A model generated the notes under the pieces. The model did no database searches, was not told the DNA's origin, and saw nothing but the letters and a program-made list of their open reading frames with translations. The position numbers and the translations under genes were made by a program. From the NCBI GenBank assembly GCA_964565125.1, contig CAZMCX010000008.1, positions 1 to 17,888 on the forward strand: a stretch of 17,888 nt of DNA. Direction: 5' to 3'. The DNA is from an uncultured archaeon. GTDB lineage: Archaea > Iainarchaeota > Iainarchaeia > Iainarchaeales > 0-14-0-20-30-16. Positions 14,488-17,888 of the stretch are shown here, piece after piece (position 1 is the first letter of the stretch; each line of letters begins with the position of its first letter).

Positions 14488-15300
14488 ATGAGTAAAAAGA
14501 TAACCTTATTTATATTATTGTTTATTGTCTGTTTACTACCCCTTGGGTTTGCATCAATTGCTTGTCCTAATGCAGATGTTAATGAGAGTTCTGCTACTAT
14601 TTTTTGTTTTTATACTTCCGGAAATAATTATGAAATATTATCGCCACAAATATCAAGCGATAAAGGGATTAGTTTTGAGCTGGTTACAAAACCAATAAGT
14701 GCACAGCCAAATACAAAATATCTTTTTAAAATTGGTATTGATGTTTTGAATTCAAAGGAAGGAGAACACACTTTAAAGATAAAACAAGGATCAGAAATAT
14801 ATCCTTTGAAAGTAAATCTTAAAAGAGAAACTCAAGATATAAATTACAAAGTAGAGATTAGTTATCCTAGTGGATTAACACAAACAATAAAAGCAGTAGT
14901 AAAATTAACAAACTTAACAAAGAAAACATATCCTAGCATATTAAAAGCAATAGAAGTTCCTGAAGGCATAGAAGTGAATCTAGAAAAAGAAATAATTTCT
15001 TTATCTGCAGGCAGCACAAAAGAAATATCTATTATAATAGAATATGATAAACCATTAAGCGGAACATTATATTATACTTTGAATTATGGTACAAAAAAAG
15101 AAACAATAGCAATTGATTTAGAAAAAGACAAAATGCCAATTGCATACAATTCTAACAATATAACTGCTTTGTTTAGTTTAGCAGACACAAAAAATTCAAA
15201 CACTTTATTTATTATTTTAGATATTTGCCTATTTATTTGTGCTGTTGTTCTTTTTACCATGTTTATTGGTAGATTAGGAAAATATATTGTAAAAAAATGA
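14488..15300 (+). CDS. Secreted protein with a C-terminal TM anchor (start ATG 14488; TTG 14470 is an alternative)
   Basis: The signal peptide is MSKKITLFILLFIVCLLPLGFASIA. The body is beta-rich. The C-terminal helix LFIILDICLFICAVVLFTMFIG is followed by RLGKYIVKK. Confidence 0.85.
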   Translation: MSKKITLFILLFIVCLLPLGFASIACPNADVNESSATIFCFYTSGNNYEILSPQISSDKGISFELVTKPISAQPNTKYLFKIGIDVLNSKEGEHTLKIKQGSEIYPLKVNLKRETQDINYKVEISYPSGLTQTIKAVVKLTNLTKKTYPSILKAIEVPEGIEVNLEKEIISLSAGSTKEISIIIEYDKPLSGTLYYTLNYGTKKETIAIDLEKDKMPIAYNSNNITALFSLADTKNSNTLFIILDICLFICAVVLFTMFIGRLGKYIVKK

Positions 15301-15322
15301 TTTTATTAAAGGAGGAGAAAAC

Positions 15323-17515
15323 ATGAATTATAAATTATTCGCAGGAATATTTGCATTATTAGCATTGATATTTAGCATGGCACCAGTATCTGCACTTTGT
15401 GATGAATATTATTGTTATTCACCACCAATAGATCCAGACGTGCTTATAGCAATAGGAAATGCACTAGGTGGAATACCAGACATTAGTGTGAGTGTTGTAA
15501 AAGACATATACTATGTTGATAGTGGGAAAACTGTTGATATAAAATTTGAAATTGAAAACACAGGAGATTATCCTGCTACAGTAATTATACAATTTGAACC
15601 TGATGAAGACGATGAAGATTACTTCACAACTAATGAAACATCAGACAAAACTATTGTAGAGGCAAATACAACAAAAACAATGAAATTCAAAATAGATGTT
15701 GACAAACACACACCATCTGATGGATATTATCTGCCATTCAAAATAATGCCTTACTACACAAAATTTGGTGGGACTTACACTTTAGCAGAAGATACAATAG
15801 ATGTTGAAGTTCACGTTGATGAATATGATGACTATTTAGATGTAAGATTGGAAGATGATGTACTTTGCTACAATTCAGAATTGCCTTATTCAACATATTT
15901 GATATTTTCAAATGAAGGTAACGATACTTATTACATTGAACCAAAAGTAAAATCTGAAGAGTTGTGGCCTACTGTAAAATCAGATATTATAGAAATACCT
16001 GAAGATGAAGAAGTTAAAGTAAAAGTTAATTTCAACAAAACAGTTTCAATAGGACAATATGAATTAACAATAAAAGAAGACATATACGAAAATAAATTAT
16101 ACAAAAATCCAAAACACTTTGAAAAAACTTTAGAAGTTAATGTAGAAAACTGTAATTCATATTACTCTAATTTCTACGTAAGCCCTAGTGCACAAAATGT
16201 AAAAGCTAATGACAAAGCAACATTTTCATTTGATTTCTCAAATACTACAGACAATGATTTGCCTGTCAGCTTTTCAGGTTATGCAGACGATCAAAGTGTC
16301 AGCGTTGTATTCCCTAGTGACACAATAATTGTTGAAAAAAATCACAATTACACAGGACAATTTTATGTAATGACTTCAAGCTATACTAAAGCAGGAGTAA
16401 AGAACATAACAGTAAGAGCAACAACACCTTACACCAGCTTTGAAAAAAAATTAATTGTAAATGTTCTAAGCGATAGCTTAACTGTTAGTGCAGATTCAAT
16501 AGATGTTCCTGTTGGATTAAAAGGTACACAAACAATTACAATAAAAAATAGTTCAACTACCCAATATGTGTTGGCTTTAGCTGTTGACCCACAGAACTCA
16601 GACAGCTTTGCATTGTCTCAGAATGCATTAACAATAGATGCAGGCATGACTAAAACAGTTTATGTAAATATTACACCAAAAACTATAGGATCTAAAAACT
16701 ATGTATTCATAGTTTCTGGCAGTGTTAATAAACAAACAGTTATTAATTACACAAGCAATAGTGAACAGGATATAGCATCATTTGTAACAGGTTACCAAAA
16801 CAAAGTAAATGCAGTTTCTGGTGATTGGGGAACCCTGCCAGTATTACTTGATAATCCATATGATTTTGCAACTACTTTGAAGGTAAGTTTGAAACCTACT
16901 AATGATGTAACATCAAAACCACAAAATGTTACCTTGGGCCCAAAACAAAAGAAAAGTATTGATTTACAATACTTGATAACTAGTGATGCAAAAACTGTAA
17001 AAGCAACATTGGTAATTGGCTCAGAAGTATCAAGTGCTGAATATCCAATTTACTTTACAATATCTCAAGATGCATCTAACACATTGGCTTTAGAAATAAC
17101 TGGTTTGCCTGAAGCAATTGCTTTTGTAAACAATAGCGACTCAGAACTAACCTTGAAGGCGAAAAATCCTAATGCTTTTGAAATAAAAGGAGCAAGCATT
17201 AAATTCTTGCTTAACGATTCTAAAGTTGTTGGTGAAGCAATTTTCAATATAAGTGCAAATGCAGAAAAAAATGTTAAAGTAAAATACAAAATAGAATCTG
17301 ATGAAGACACTACTGGAAGTATAGTTGTAAAGGCAAATGGTGTTGAAAACACTTATGATGTTGTTTACACAAAAGAAACAGGGTTCTTCAAAACAGGCTT
17401 GTTCAACTTAGGTGTTGGCGGAACAATCAGCATAATAATTGGTGCAATAATAGTAGTTTTAATAATTCTTTACTTTGCACTAAGAAAACCTAGTGTTCCA
17501 GAAGTTCAAGAGTAA
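15323..17515 (+). CDS. Large surface (S-layer/adhesin-like) protein with CARDB-like repeats and a C-terminal TM anchor
   Basis: GGAGGAG lies 5 nt before the ATG. The signal peptide is MNYKLFAGIFALLALIFSMAPVSA. Segments such as VDIKFEIENTGDYPATVIIQF recur. The C-terminal helix ISIIIGAIIVVLIILYFAL is followed by RKPSVPEVQE. Confidence 0.9.
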   Translation: MNYKLFAGIFALLALIFSMAPVSALCDEYYCYSPPIDPDVLIAIGNALGGIPDISVSVVKDIYYVDSGKTVDIKFEIENTGDYPATVIIQFEPDEDDEDYFTTNETSDKTIVEANTTKTMKFKIDVDKHTPSDGYYLPFKIMPYYTKFGGTYTLAEDTIDVEVHVDEYDDYLDVRLEDDVLCYNSELPYSTYLIFSNEGNDTYYIEPKVKSEELWPTVKSDIIEIPEDEEVKVKVNFNKTVSIGQYELTIKEDIYENKLYKNPKHFEKTLEVNVENCNSYYSNFYVSPSAQNVKANDKATFSFDFSNTTDNDLPVSFSGYADDQSVSVVFPSDTIIVEKNHNYTGQFYVMTSSYTKAGVKNITVRATTPYTSFEKKLIVNVLSDSLTVSADSIDVPVGLKGTQTITIKNSSTTQYVLALAVDPQNSDSFALSQNALTIDAGMTKTVYVNITPKTIGSKNYVFIVSGSVNKQTVINYTSNSEQDIASFVTGYQNKVNAVSGDWGTLPVLLDNPYDFATTLKVSLKPTNDVTSKPQNVTLGPKQKKSIDLQYLITSDAKTVKATLVIGSEVSSAEYPIYFTISQDASNTLALEITGLPEAIAFVNNSDSELTLKAKNPNAFEIKGASIKFLLNDSKVVGEAIFNISANAEKNVKVKYKIESDEDTTGSIVVKANGVENTYDVVYTKETGFFKTGLFNLGVGGTISIIIGAIIVVLIILYFALRKPSVPEVQE

Positions 17516-17545
17516 AGGAGTTTCTCCTCCCTCCTTTTTTCTTTC
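17514..17545 (+). terminator. Short hairpin plus T-rich tract after the surface-protein operon
   Basis: AGGAG ttt CTCCT is followed by ccctccttttttctttcttttta. Confidence 0.45.
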
Positions 17546-17699
17546 TTTTTATTTTTAACTCTTTCCTAAGAGTACTCTATTTTTAAAGGTAGACTTTTAA
17601 ACCTTAAGGCATTAATTTATATAACCTGATTTTAAGAATTATATTCAAGAGCGAAGCAATCTTTCTGTAAGAAAGATGTGTTTTCTTTGCGAAACCTCT

Positions 17700-17721
17700 G
17701 GTTTCTTTTACAAAAGAAACC
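17700..17721 (+). other. T-run/A-run hairpin 6 nt upstream of tRNA-Cys
   Basis: GGTTTCTTT(T) ac (A)AAAGAAACC, with perfectly complementary arms. Confidence 0.7.
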
Positions 17722-17727
17722 GGTGGT

Positions 17728-17798
17728 GTGGGGTTGACAGAACGGTTATGTAGTCGCCTGCAGAGCGACCCAAGAGGGTTCAACTCCCTTGCCCCACT
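17728..17798 (+). tRNA. tRNA-Cys (GCA)
   Basis: Acceptor GTGGGGT/GCCCCAC, U8, D arm ACAG-AACGGTT-ATGT, anticodon arm GTCGC-CTGCAGA-GCGAC. Variable CCAA, T arm GAGGG-TTCAACT-CCCTT, discriminator U73. CCA is not encoded. Confidence 0.85.
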
Positions 17799-17821
17799 TT
17801 CTGCAAGCAGAAAGTGGTAGA

Positions 17822-17873
17822 ACCCACGATAAGCTTGTAGATAATTTGCAACAGCAAATGCAAACAAGTTTGC
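17822..17873 (+). repeat. tRNA-trailer motif copy T2 (ACGATAAGCTTGTAGATA plus ATTTGCAACAGCAAAT hairpin plus GCAAAC..GTTTGC hairpin)
   Basis: See 9637-9694. It starts 24 nt after the tRNA-Cys 3' end, beyond a trailer hairpin. Confidence 0.7.
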
Positions 17874-17888
17874 TTTATATTATTTACT

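Noticed and set aside
17833-17842. CTTGTAGATA resembles the 3' end of Cas12a direct repeats (GTTGTAGAT).
   Set aside because: It is a single occurrence, there is no upstream AATTTCTAC stem partner, and there is no array or cas gene. It is part of the trailer motif.
17604-17867. 87-aa minus-strand ORF in the track.
   Set aside because: It runs antisense across tRNA-Cys and its leader and trailer hairpins. It has no SD and no coding-like composition.

Overview
This is an AT-rich, gene-dense chromosomal segment that reads as archaeal, probably from a small-genome DPANN-type lineage. That assignment is inference from several signs: a tRNA-Tyr with a C1-G72 pair and a short variable loop, a bulge-helix-bulge intron at 37/38, no encoded CCA on any tRNA, and GGTGA/GGAGG ribosome-binding sites. 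I support 18 protein-coding genes plus a frameshifted ZIP metal transporter. Two clusters encode large secreted or membrane-anchored beta-sandwich surface proteins (3-4700 and 14488-17515). The other genes are an LpxH-like metallophosphoesterase, a tandem pair of small paralogs, a lipobox protein, a RelE-type toxin-antitoxin pair, a PPC/DUF296-like protein, a C39/papain-like peptidase, a cold-shock protein, a small membrane protein, a DEAD-box helicase with a long basic repeat tail, and MscL. There are three tRNA genes: Tyr-GUA with a 102-nt intron, Ile-GAU and Cys-GCA. The least explained signal is non-coding. The tRNA loci sit among recurring structured elements: a 90-nt two-hairpin repeat, T-run/A-run hairpins beside each tRNA 5' end, a shared trailer motif, a second shared hairpin motif, and a 15-nt duplicate of the tRNA-Ile 3' end. 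I found no CRISPR array, rRNA, transposase or integrase. No recognisable defence system is present. The most novel protein-level candidates are the surface-protein modules and the in-frame tandem paralogs.
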